A DNA stretch of 64,000 bases from Pseudomonadota bacterium (lineage in GTDB: Bacteria > Bdellovibrionota_B > Oligoflexia > Silvanigrellales > Silvanigrellaceae). Each line of letters begins with the position of its first letter. Positions within the stretch are counted from its first letter, which is position 1. The stretch lies in assembly GCA_039799905.1 (NCBI GenBank), contig JBDLRP010000001.1, forward strand, positions 1 to 64,000, in the 5' to 3' direction. The translations under genes were made by a program, and so were the position numbers. The notes beneath the pieces are model-generated. The model did no database searches and was not told where the DNA came from. It saw nothing but the letters and a program-made list of their open reading frames with translations. Positions 36,856 to 47,640 of this stretch are shown piece after piece.

Positions 36856-37521
36856 TCACTTAATTTCTGATCTCAGCTGACTTGCGCGCGGGCAAGGAAC
36901 TTTGTCTTCCAAACCGAGCTGCCGCGCCCTGCGGATAGCCTCGCGAAACATATCGGTCTCGGCTTTGCTCGCAGGAAAAACACGACCAAGTTTCGTTTCG
37001 CCAAGCTCAAATGAAGCCATCCCGTCGCTGGAACCACGCAGTTCTCGCAGATACCTCTGAATGTTCAATGAATTTTTGATGCAGTTGTTGACCATCCAAG
37101 CGGAACTGACTCCAAACGCGATTGCCGACGCCCCGCCCGAGGCGATGGCGGCGCCGACTGAAACCGTCGCCAGTCCGCACGGTACGAATTCGGCTCCTGC
37201 GTTGATCAATTTCTCTTTAAGAATATTTTCCATTTGCCGATGGATGTGGCCATCATGAATCGCAAAGTCATTCAGCCGGACAGACTGCAGCAAGGCCTCG
37301 GAATCGGACAAGCCCAAACTTGGCGGTGCTTCCTTGTAGTACCAGCAGCTGCGCAGAATCTTGTCTTTCGAAGATTTGACGTGCTTGTTCCAGAGATAAA
37401 TCTTTTTGCGTCCGTACTCAGAACGCAGGGTTTGCTCCGTCGATTCCGTCGGAGCGGGAGCATCTTTGCAGGCTGCCAAAACCGTCAACAGCAAAACGAG
37501 AAAAGTTGCTTCCAATTTCAT
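36856..37521 (-). CDS. Hypothetical lipoprotein with an internal Gly/Ala hydrophobic segment
   Basis: Lipobox LAAC; CGLATVSVGAAIASGGASAIAFGVSSAW. Confidence 0.65.
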   Translation of the reverse strand: MKLEATFLVLLLTVLAACKDAPAPTESTEQTLRSEYGRKKIYLWNKHVKSSKDKILRSCWYYKEAPPSLGLSDSEALLQSVRLNDFAIHDGHIHRQMENILKEKLINAGAEFVPCGLATVSVGAAIASGGASAIAFGVSSAWMVNNCIKNSLNIQRYLRELRGSSDGMASFELGETKLGRVFPASKAETDMFREAIRRARQLGLEDKVPCPRASQLRSEIK

Positions 37522-37622
37522 GCACGCTTCCTTTTTATAGAATCAGAATAGAGGCTTTTTTTCTGGTTTTACAATGCCTAGTCTTTTGACAACGCAGTGA
37601 GTCTGGAATGGAGGGCTGATGC

Positions 37623-38192
37623 ATGGAAAGCAGGCCTGAGATTGAACACAATAGGCATGAAAAAAAAACCACTTCCAAACAAAAGCGAAAGCCGCAGCAA
37701 ACTGTAAACCCGCACAAGCATGTCCTGCCTATGGATGAACTCCCACTGGACTTTGGTGTCGAACTTGAACGCCGGATGGACACCAGAACAAACGCACGAT
37801 TACTCGGCTTGGACGGAGGAGTCGGTCCAGGAATTGATTCGGGCAGTGACCTCAATACGATTCAGCCCGGTGAAGACGATGAAAACGAATACGAGCCAAT
37901 CACTGACAACAACCTTCTCACGCAGACAAGTTACCTAAACGGGATTTTTCAAAATACATCGGTCCTGCATGAAGACGAAGTGACTGCGGCACAGCATCTT
38001 CATCAAAAGAGAACCATATCGAACAGTCTCGAAACAGACGCGATAGAAAAAATCCCGGCAAACAGGCGAGAAGGCGATCCTGCACCGCAGCCTCGCTTGC
38101 CCAAAAAGCAAAAAAAACTCGGGAAGAATCAATCTGAAGTAAACGAAATAAGAGCGGACGAGATGTATGACCGTTCGGAACTAAAAACTTGA
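37623..38192 (+). CDS. Hypothetical hydrophilic, disordered protein
   Basis: 189-aa ORF filling the intergenic space; GGAGG upstream. Confidence 0.5.
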   Translation: MESRPEIEHNRHEKKTTSKQKRKPQQTVNPHKHVLPMDELPLDFGVELERRMDTRTNARLLGLDGGVGPGIDSGSDLNTIQPGEDDENEYEPITDNNLLTQTSYLNGIFQNTSVLHEDEVTAAQHLHQKRTISNSLETDAIEKIPANRREGDPAPQPRLPKKQKKLGKNQSEVNEIRADEMYDRSELKT

Positions 38193-38214
38193 ATGCCGTA
38201 TTTCCCAGTGCAGC

Positions 38215-39198
38215 TCACATTGCCTTTCCTGATGACGGTACGACGGCGGGTGCATCAGAGGTTGGATGCTTCAGCGAGGGTGCAAGCACCATTTTACCCT
38301 GATCATCTGCCTCAAGTGTATAGACTTTTTCAGGGCCAATGTGTTTATAGCGGTAGCTCTTCATCTCGCAGTAGGCAAGCTTGTGGATGAGCGGCACGGC
38401 ATCGTAAAAGGCTGTCTCAGGGACACTAGGCGACACCTGTTCAGGCCGACCGATGGCCATCACAAGGTGTGGCGAGCTAACAATTCTTGAAACACTCACC
38501 AGTTGTTTGCTTGCCTTGAGCATGTCGATGGCGCGTTTTTTGTCAGCCGACTCGGCAACGCGTTTTTGCTCACTCACCGAGGAAAGAAGTGCATGTCGCC
38601 GCGTCAGTTCGGCACGCCAGTCAGCCGTATGCTGTGCGTTGCAGTGAATTCCGCTCGTCAAAAACTGTCTGACGTATTTTTCAATACGGCCTCGGACGTC
38701 TTCAGGATGAATGATAAACGCGCCGGTGAAATAATCACGGCCTTCAAAGGTGACCGCGCGCCCCTCGAACACGAGGCCAGATTCAAAGCCGGCAAACATG
38801 AACTCGGACAGCGAAAAAACCTCAAAGCGCTGTTGTGCGATGAGGTCGGTCACTACGAGACTCTGCGGCAACACCTTTTCAACCAAAAAGAGCGAGTGGC
38901 GAAAACTCCGGAATTGTTCATAGCTGTTGAGTTCCTCTGGAGACAGACGCTTTTGCGCCTGTAGCAGATAAAGCTCAAAAACCGTGGAGCCCGAGAACAC
39001 ATCCGAGAGGCGATAGTCGAAGAGGAAATACTCTTGAAATGAGCACATTCTGTTGTCGTAAAACGGATCGTCATCGTTGACTTTGCCGGTGGCGATGGCA
39101 AACAGCTCGCGCGCAATACTCATCTGATCCGAAAACTCGGGCACACAAGAATAATCGAGCAGTATATTGAGCAGTTCCTGACACTTTTCCGCGCTCAT
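38215..39198 (-). CDS. Conserved hypothetical protein downstream of lepA
   Basis: 327-aa ORF with GGAG SD, co-oriented with lepA. Confidence 0.7.
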   Translation of the reverse strand: MSAEKCQELLNILLDYSCVPEFSDQMSIARELFAIATGKVNDDDPFYDNRMCSFQEYFLFDYRLSDVFSGSTVFELYLLQAQKRLSPEELNSYEQFRSFRHSLFLVEKVLPQSLVVTDLIAQQRFEVFSLSEFMFAGFESGLVFEGRAVTFEGRDYFTGAFIIHPEDVRGRIEKYVRQFLTSGIHCNAQHTADWRAELTRRHALLSSVSEQKRVAESADKKRAIDMLKASKQLVSVSRIVSSPHLVMAIGRPEQVSPSVPETAFYDAVPLIHKLAYCEMKSYRYKHIGPEKVYTLEADDQGKMVLAPSLKHPTSDAPAVVPSSGKAM

Positions 39199-39259
39199 TC
39201 CGACTCCCTGTCAACGTGTCGCAGATTGATGCCTCACCACATCGGGCGGTTGGTTTAGT

Positions 39260-39670
39260 TCACTCGGTTCTTCCTGCCGAGATTATAAACGACCGATGCG
39301 CCAGCAACGGGAAAACCCGCAGACCGTGAAAATCAACCTGAGCAGTCAGAGTGTAGCCGATGCGGGTTGGAACACCAAAGGCCTCAGGGGAGTCTTTGTA
39401 GTCAATCTCAACGTCACCTTCTGTCAGATTGAGACGATGATGCTGGGCTAATTTAACAAGATAGGCACGCACATCGTCGTCGGCCGTCAGAACAATGCCG
39501 GAAGTCTCGGAGTATTTCCGAACCGATTCGGCCAAAGAGCGTTCCCGGTATAGGAATCTGACTGCCGGCCAGACAATCCAGACCGCTGCAAGAAGAGTCA
39601 CCATCAGGGTGAGTGCAGCAACCTGCACCAGCGTTCTTCGGGTTTTCGGCAAAGAAACATTGAGTTTCAT
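39260..39670 (-). CDS. Small single-TM protein
   Basis: N-terminal TM; directly follows lepA. Confidence 0.6.
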   Translation of the reverse strand: MKLNVSLPKTRRTLVQVAALTLMVTLLAAVWIVWPAVRFLYRERSLAESVRKYSETSGIVLTADDDVRAYLVKLAQHHRLNLTEGDVEIDYKDSPEAFGVPTRIGYTLTAQVDFHGLRVFPLLAHRSFIISAGRTE

Positions 39671-39686
39671 GATTGCAACCCGCCTT

Positions 39687-41504
<1,818 letters not shown>

Positions 41505-41546
41505 GCTTTAAGCGACTCCGCCAAATCTGCAACGACTCTTCCCCCC

Positions 41547-41573
41547 TGCAGTTATTGCAGCGGGTGCCGATAC
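41547..41573 (+). promoter_or_regulatory. Sigma-28-like promoter TGCA-N15-GCCGATAC
   Basis: Near-consensus -10 element; same -35 and spacing as the motif at 56071. Confidence 0.45.
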
Positions 41574-41635
41574 TAGCATCTGACACGCCTTGGCGACGCA
41601 GGTCAAACCCAAGGGATGCAGGTTGGGGGGGCAAT

Positions 41636-42349
41636 GTGAAAAGACTTTTGACTCATCAGACAGCGCTCCGCGTACTCATTGGTCTTTGGCTGGGCTGCCT
41701 GCCGACCCCTGTGAGGTATGCCTTTGCTGCCGAAGAGGACAAAAAGCCCGCTGAAATGGCCGTCAAAATAAAATCCCGGACTTTTGAGTCACACCGCGAG
41801 GCCGACTCAACCATGACCTGGATTGTGCAAAAAACCGATTACGACGACGGACTGCGAGTTCTGACCTTGGCGGGCGTGCAGCATGAGGACGCCTACGGAC
41901 TTAGCGTCGTGTTGCTGGACGACGTGACGCCGCAAAAGCACACCACAACTGTTGCAATCAAGGAAGGCGAAAAAAGTGAGCACACTGCCTTCATAAACCT
42001 ATCAGACAATATCGAGAGCAGTGAGGAAATCTCGGACCAAGGTCCTGCTCGGCTGCAACTACAAATCCGAAGCCTGCTTGTAAACATGGCCGACCTGCGC
42101 CAACAGGCCGAAGTTAAAGAGAGTGTTCCGATGTGTTCCGGCAAGAATCGTCGGGCTGTCGCGTTTTTGCGTCCGGCCCAATTGCAGCGCCAGCTCAATT
42201 TGACCGCCGAGGAAAGCAAAGTGTGGAGCCGTTTCGGACGAGCCGCCTGCGTGCGTTGGAGCCGGCTACCCGAGGCACAGACATCTGCTAAAACTGCAGA
42301 CCAAACAGTCGCTCCATCTCAGCCAGATGCGCCTGTCCAGAAGAACTGA
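41636..42349 (+). CDS. Secreted hypothetical protein
   Basis: GTG start, signal peptide ending AFA. Confidence 0.6.
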   Translation: MKRLLTHQTALRVLIGLWLGCLPTPVRYAFAAEEDKKPAEMAVKIKSRTFESHREADSTMTWIVQKTDYDDGLRVLTLAGVQHEDAYGLSVVLLDDVTPQKHTTTVAIKEGEKSEHTAFINLSDNIESSEEISDQGPARLQLQIRSLLVNMADLRQQAEVKESVPMCSGKNRRAVAFLRPAQLQRQLNLTAEESKVWSRFGRAACVRWSRLPEAQTSAKTADQTVAPSQPDAPVQKN

Positions 42350-43313
42350 GCTGACGGCCTCGCGAGGTGCGATTTACAAATCCAATCGAGACCAAATATG
42401 GCTCATAGACGTCTTCCAGGGTGGTTCGCTCTTCGTGCAGAGCAGCAGCAATGGCTTCGAGCCCGACCGGTCCGCCATCGTGCCTGTCACGCATAATACG
42501 CAAAAATTCACGATCCATGCGCGCCAAACCGCGCGTATCAACGCCCAGTCGGATAAGCGCAGCTTCTGCCGATGAGAGGTCGATGCTGCTTTTACCGTTG
42601 ACCAATGTAAAATCCATGACGCGCCTGAGCAGCATGTTGGCAATCCGCGGCGTACCGCGACAGCGTCCTGCGAGTGCAAACGCGGCAGCGGTATCTATTC
42701 GAATATCGAGGATGCGCGAGCTGCGGCTGATGATTTTAGCCAAACTCTCCTGCGAATAATAATCAAGATGCTCAACAATGCCAAAACGGTCGCGCAAAGG
42801 TGCGCTGAGCGCGCCTGCACGCGTTGTTGCACCAATCAGAGTGAATGGCTTCAAATCGAAACTGATGGATCGCGCCGACGGACCCTGCCCTATCATCACG
42901 TCGAGACGTCCGTCCTCCATGGCCGAGTACAGAACCTCTTCAACATGCGCAGGCAGGCGATGAATCTCGTCAATAAAAAGAACCGTGTTGGATTCGAGGT
43001 TGGCAAGCACACCCATGAGGTCTGCAGGCCGCTCAATGACCGGTCCAGCCGTCATTTTGAAGGCACATTCCATCGTCTGTGCAATGATTCCTGCCAGCGT
43101 TGTTTTACCAAGCCCAGGCGGCCCGTGCAGGAGCACGTGATCAAGCATTTTTCCACGAAGTTTTGCGGCCTGTGTGTAGATTTTGAGATTTTCTACAACC
43201 CGTTCCTGACCAGGATATTCGTCAAACGTGTGCGGACGCAGGTCAGTTCGCTCACTCTCGATTGCATCCGGAGTGCGCGCAAGTTCGCTGAAAACAACGT
43301 TGTCTTGTTCCAT
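42288..43313 (-). CDS. ruvB: Holliday junction branch migration helicase RuvB
   Basis: GPPGLGKTT, FIDEIHR, GATTR, LRDRFG, RGTPR and EPYL. Confidence 0.98.
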   Translation of the reverse strand: MEQDNVVFSELARTPDAIESERTDLRPHTFDEYPGQERVVENLKIYTQAAKLRGKMLDHVLLHGPPGLGKTTLAGIIAQTMECAFKMTAGPVIERPADLMGVLANLESNTVLFIDEIHRLPAHVEEVLYSAMEDGRLDVMIGQGPSARSISFDLKPFTLIGATTRAGALSAPLRDRFGIVEHLDYYSQESLAKIISRSSRILDIRIDTAAAFALAGRCRGTPRIANMLLRRVMDFTLVNGKSSIDLSSAEAALIRLGVDTRGLARMDREFLRIMRDRHDGGPVGLEAIAAALHEERTTLEDVYEPYLVSIGFVNRTSRGRQLSSSGQAHLAEMERLFGLQF

Positions 43314-43318
43314 ATCAT

Positions 43319-43999
43319 TCAGCGTCCCAAAAGGTGACCCGACAATTGCCGGAGAGATTCCCTCAATGCGACTTCAAGAGCAATAGGCTCGCCGGCAGCC
43401 ATCCGTTTCTCGAAAGGTGCGACGACTTCGGAAATTTGCTTGTCCTTGTAGCCGAGGTTTTGCAGCGCACTGCGGAGATCTTCGCCGACAGAATTTTCAG
43501 CCCAGCGTTCTTTGCCAAGCAGCGGAAGAGTTGTTGCTGCAGCCGAGGCATAGCGCACCCCTGCGGGTTCATCTGCCGACGCGAGCTGGCCAAGCATCTT
43601 TTGCGCTTTTGCCCGCAATTCAACTAACAAGCGTTCAGCCGTTCTGGCGCCTACCCCCGGCACGGAAGTCAGGGCTGCAAGATTTTCGTCAACGATAGCT
43701 CGGCAAAGGTCGCGCCCTTCGAATGGCCCCAAAAGGGCGAGTGCTAGCTTTGGGCCGACGTTACTGACACTGAGCAGCATCTCAAAGACGCTGCGCTCGG
43801 CACGAGAGGTAAAGCCAAACAATCGCAGGGAATCTTCCCGAACGTGCGTGTAAACCGACAAAACTGCAGTTCCACCTGTTGGTGGAAGGCGACACAGTCC
43901 GGATGCCGGCACAGAAAGCTCATAACCAACGCCATTTACGTCCAAAACCACGAAATCACCCGTTTTTTCAACGAGTGTTCCTGACAGTCGTCCTATCAT
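43319..43999 (-). CDS. ruvA: Holliday junction branch migration protein RuvA
   Basis: VNGVGY, HVRED, VGPKLA, PGVG.RTAER and ALQNLGY. Confidence 0.96.
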   Translation of the reverse strand: MIGRLSGTLVEKTGDFVVLDVNGVGYELSVPASGLCRLPPTGGTAVLSVYTHVREDSLRLFGFTSRAERSVFEMLLSVSNVGPKLALALLGPFEGRDLCRAIVDENLAALTSVPGVGARTAERLLVELRAKAQKMLGQLASADEPAGVRYASAAATTLPLLGKERWAENSVGEDLRSALQNLGYKDKQISEVVAPFEKRMAAGEPIALEVALRESLRQLSGHLLGR

Positions 44000-44069
44000 G
44001 AGTGGAGCCTCCTGTAGATATGGGTAACGGATGCGCGCCGGTGCGTCAAATCCAAGACCGCGGCAGCAC

Positions 44070-44096
44070 TTACCTTCCAAAGAATTATGCCGATAT
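44070..44096 (+). promoter_or_regulatory. Sigma-28-like promoter TTAC-N15-GCCGATAT
   Basis: Upstream of the PilZ gene at 44128. Confidence 0.4.
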
Positions 44097-44127
44097 CACC
44101 ATCAGAAGACTTTGGAGGGGTGTGCAT

Positions 44128-44715
44128 ATGGCGTTCTGGGCGAAGAAAAAACCAGAGCAGGAGACTGAAAAAAAAGACGCGGGAGCGAATAACCTTCTCA
44201 GGAAGAAGGATGATAAAAAAAGCGCTCCGCCGAAACGCATCGACAATCTGCGTATCGCGCAGAAGCTTCAGATCAGCCTGCGGAGTCTCGGCACCGGCAA
44301 TGAGTATCACTTTCAGACAAAAGATTTGTCCGCCACGGGGATGTTCGTCATCTGTTCGGACCACAAGCGTTATCCGTTCCTGGTCTCGAGTACGCTCCTC
44401 GAGACAATCGTGCAGCTCAACGCCGGCGGCGACAGCGAAACCTTCGAACTGAGATGTCTTTGCAAGATCGCGCGCATCGTTGACGGACAAGTCAAAGGAT
44501 TCGGCGTTCGCATCATTCAGATATCGCCAGACCAGAAGCAAACTTTGGAGCAGTTTATTGCCAAGCATGGTTCGCCCGACAACTTCGTGCCCTATTCCGG
44601 TGGCGGAGCTCCCGCAGAGCAGGGCGCACCACCTCCTCCACCAGTTCCGCAAAATCGCGAAAGCGGGGAAATCGGGCAAGACACGTCGCAGCAGGAGTTG
44701 CCAACGAGCGCATAA
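44128..44715 (+). CDS. PilZ domain protein
   Basis: DLSATGMF, IAR and GFGVR; GGAGG SD. Confidence 0.78.
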   Translation: MAFWAKKKPEQETEKKDAGANNLLRKKDDKKSAPPKRIDNLRIAQKLQISLRSLGTGNEYHFQTKDLSATGMFVICSDHKRYPFLVSSTLLETIVQLNAGGDSETFELRCLCKIARIVDGQVKGFGVRIIQISPDQKQTLEQFIAKHGSPDNFVPYSGGGAPAEQGAPPPPPVPQNRESGEIGQDTSQQELPTSA

Positions 44716-44840
44716 CGAAGACAATCCCAATTGCAGGGCCGTCGGCGGCAGTAAAAGTTAAATTGCCCCGACGGCCAATTTCGTGTACGAGTCCCCGCAG
44801 GGTGCAACAGCACCGTACTCAAGGCCATGGGGAGTCGACG

Positions 44841-46496
44841 ATGATAACTTCATTCAAGTTCACAGCATTGGCGCTCGCGACAGCAGCGAGCGTTTTTAGT
44901 TTCTCTGCCAACGCGCAGCAAAACTCGCAGGCGGATCGGCGCAACAATCAAGAAGTGTTCGTCAACATGGGCGATGAACCGCCGAGCATGGACCCAAACA
45001 AGGGCGTCGATGCGGTTTCATATTTCTGGCTTGGCCACATGTTTGAAGGCCTGATGACAACCGACAAAAACGGCAACATCGTTCCCGGTGCTGCAAGTCA
45101 TGTCGCCGTAAGCGGAGATGGAAAAACATATACATTTACCATCCGCCCGAACGCGAAATGGCATGACGGCAAGAAAGTCACAGCAAAAGACTTTGAATAC
45201 GCTTTCCAGCGCTTGGTTGATCCAGAATTCGCAAGCGAATACTCGTTCATCGCCATCACTGCACAAATTGTGAACGCAGAAGACGTGGTGAAGAAGAAAA
45301 AGCCGGTCAGCGAGCTTGGCGTCAAGGCAACCAACGACTCCACTCTCGTCATCAAGCTTGCCAATCCAGTTGCGTTCTTTAAGTCGATGATGTCATTTCA
45401 GGCGTTCTTCCCGGTGCGCAAGGATATCGTTGAAAAATATCGCGACAAATTCGCGACCAACGTGGAAAGCATCGTCGGCAACGGTCCGTTCAAGATGGTT
45501 GCTTGGAAAAAAGAAAGCTCCATGCGCATGGAGAAAGCCTCCACCTACTGGAATGCCGCCGCCGTCAAGCTGCGCGCAGTTGAAGCTCCCGTCATGCTCA
45601 AGGACAACGGGGCAGCATTCAACAACTTCCGCACCGGTGGTCTCGACATCACAGGACTCGACAAAGAGCGTCTCGAAACAGCACAACGTGAACGCCTGCA
45701 GGTCAAAACCTTCTCTGACGGAGCAGTGTTTTACCTCGAGCTCAACCAGCGTCAGGGCAAGCTGTTCTCAAACCAAAAGCTCCGTCAGGCACTGCGCATT
45801 GCCATCAACCGCCGTGAGTACATCAACAAGATCACAGGCGTGCCGGGCGACAAACCTGCGTTTGGGCTCGTTCCGGATTACATGCCGGGTGCATCAAAAA
45901 CTTACCGTCAGGAAGCAAAAGTTGATTACCGTGACGGCGACATCGCATCCGCCAAAAAGCTCATCAAGGAATATCTGAGCGAAACCAAGCAGAGCAAGGT
46001 ACCGAGCTTCTCGATTCTGGCTGGCGACTCCACTGTCGCTAAAAAGGAATCTGAGTACTTCCAGGACCTGTTGAAGAAAGTCTTTGAAACAGACGTCAAG
46101 ATCGATAGCGTTCCGTTCAAGACGCGTTTGCAAAAACAGCGTGACGGTCAGTTCGACATCGCATCGGGCGGCTGGGGACCAGACTACCTCGACGCAATGA
46201 CGTTCATGGACCTGTTCACCTCGTCGAACGACAACAACCATGGCGGATACGTGAACAAAAACTTCGACGAGCTGATTGCCAAGGCCCAGAAGTCCGGAAA
46301 CATGGCTGAACGCGTCAAGCTCTTCCACGAGGCCGAAAAGCAGCTCATCCTGACCGACTCGGCACTTGTCCCAATCATCCAGCGCGGCCGTGCATACCTT
46401 CTGGCGGAAGGACTGCAGAACGTGCGTCGCAACCAGATTGGACAAGACCCCGACCTGCGGTTCGCTTCTTGGAGCGGAGCATCCGCCAAGAAATAA
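44841..46496 (+). CDS. oppA: Oligopeptide ABC transporter substrate-binding protein
   Basis: FEGL, W.DG..VTA.DF, NGPFK and GWGPDY. Confidence 0.93.
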   Translation: MITSFKFTALALATAASVFSFSANAQQNSQADRRNNQEVFVNMGDEPPSMDPNKGVDAVSYFWLGHMFEGLMTTDKNGNIVPGAASHVAVSGDGKTYTFTIRPNAKWHDGKKVTAKDFEYAFQRLVDPEFASEYSFIAITAQIVNAEDVVKKKKPVSELGVKATNDSTLVIKLANPVAFFKSMMSFQAFFPVRKDIVEKYRDKFATNVESIVGNGPFKMVAWKKESSMRMEKASTYWNAAAVKLRAVEAPVMLKDNGAAFNNFRTGGLDITGLDKERLETAQRERLQVKTFSDGAVFYLELNQRQGKLFSNQKLRQALRIAINRREYINKITGVPGDKPAFGLVPDYMPGASKTYRQEAKVDYRDGDIASAKKLIKEYLSETKQSKVPSFSILAGDSTVAKKESEYFQDLLKKVFETDVKIDSVPFKTRLQKQRDGQFDIASGGWGPDYLDAMTFMDLFTSSNDNNHGGYVNKNFDELIAKAQKSGNMAERVKLFHEAEKQLILTDSALVPIIQRGRAYLLAEGLQNVRRNQIGQDPDLRFASWSGASAKK

Positions 46497-46505
46497 CCCT
46501 GCCTC

Positions 46506-46538
46506 AAAGCCCTGAGAAATCAGGGCTTTTCTCTTTTC
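46506..46538 (+). terminator. Rho-independent terminator or mRNA-stabilising hairpin after oppA
   Basis: aaagccctga-gaaa-tcagggcttt perfect stem followed by a T-rich tail. Confidence 0.85.
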
Positions 46539-46670
46539 TAATCAACTTGACCAGCGTTTGAAGTCGTGGCAAGACTCCTGATCTTTGCCAAAGGCCCCGT
46601 GGCCTTAGCTTGGTTTTATCGACTGCAATCAACATGCAATCCGTTGCATGCTTTTGTGAGGAAGGAAGCG

Positions 46671-47624
46671 ATGCGGCTTCTGCGTTTTATTTTTCAGCGC
46701 CTGATTCTTGCGTTTGTTACTTTGCTTGCTTTGTTCACACTGACGTTTTTTCTGATGCGCGCGGTCCCAGGCGACCCGCTGATGCGGACGAAGGAAATTC
46801 CTGAGGAAACACGCAAAAATCTCGAAGCGCGCTATGGGCTCGATAAGCCGCTTTACATGCAATACCTAATCCAGTTGAAGCAGGTCTTTATCCACGGCGA
46901 TTTTGGCACCAGCTTCCGCACGATCGGACGCGAGGTCAACGACATCATCCGTGAGCAATTTCCGGTCAGTGCCTCCATCGGCATCGTCTCGGTCTTGATT
47001 GGTGTCACCATTGGGATCGCGCTCGGTATTGTCGCGGCCCTGTTCCGCAACGGTCTCATCGATCGAACGGCGATGTTCTTATGCGTCGCGGGTATCTCGC
47101 TTCCGTCGTTTTTGTTCGCCTACATTTTCCAATATGTTTTTGCGGTCTGGCCGCTCACCACGATGAACATCAACCCAGACAGCTGGCTGCGTCCCGCTGG
47201 CTGGGGCGAACCGCGCGATTTTGTCATGCCCTCCATCTCGATGGCTCTGGGCATTGTGGCGTCGATCACACGCATGCTCAAAAGCCAGATGATTGAGGTT
47301 GGTTTCTCTGAATACGTGAAGACAGCCAAAGCCAAAGGTGTCTCGGTTTCGCGGCTGATTGTCATGCATCAAATCCGCAATGCAATTTTGCCGATCATCT
47401 CGATCATCTTCCCGATTCTCGTCTTCACGATGTCGGGCTCTCTCATCATGGAAAACGTGTTCGGAATTCCCGGTCTCGGCCGCTCGTACATGAGCTCCAT
47501 TCAGAACAACGACTACAACGTCATCATGGGCCTCACCGTATTTTTTGGCGGATTCCTGATCGTGATGAATCTCATCACGGACATTCTCTACGGCATTATT
47601 GACCCGCGCATTCGTGTCGGCTGA
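46671..47624 (+). CDS. oppB: Oligopeptide ABC transporter permease
   Basis: PGDP, YGLDKP, GDFG.S, YVKTAKAKG and FGIPGLG. Confidence 0.93.
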   Translation: MRLLRFIFQRLILAFVTLLALFTLTFFLMRAVPGDPLMRTKEIPEETRKNLEARYGLDKPLYMQYLIQLKQVFIHGDFGTSFRTIGREVNDIIREQFPVSASIGIVSVLIGVTIGIALGIVAALFRNGLIDRTAMFLCVAGISLPSFLFAYIFQYVFAVWPLTTMNINPDSWLRPAGWGEPRDFVMPSISMALGIVASITRMLKSQMIEVGFSEYVKTAKAKGVSVSRLIVMHQIRNAILPIISIIFPILVFTMSGSLIMENVFGIPGLGRSYMSSIQNNDYNVIMGLTVFFGGFLIVMNLITDILYGIIDPRIRVG

Positions 47625-47640
47625 AAAGGATTCACTTAAA

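Noticed and set aside
37660..37668. A9 run with a nearby out-of-frame ATG as a frameshift site
   Set aside because: The ORF from 37623 is already open and has an SD.
43996..44730. 244-aa minus-strand ORF
   Set aside because: Overlaps the PilZ gene, which has motifs and an SD.
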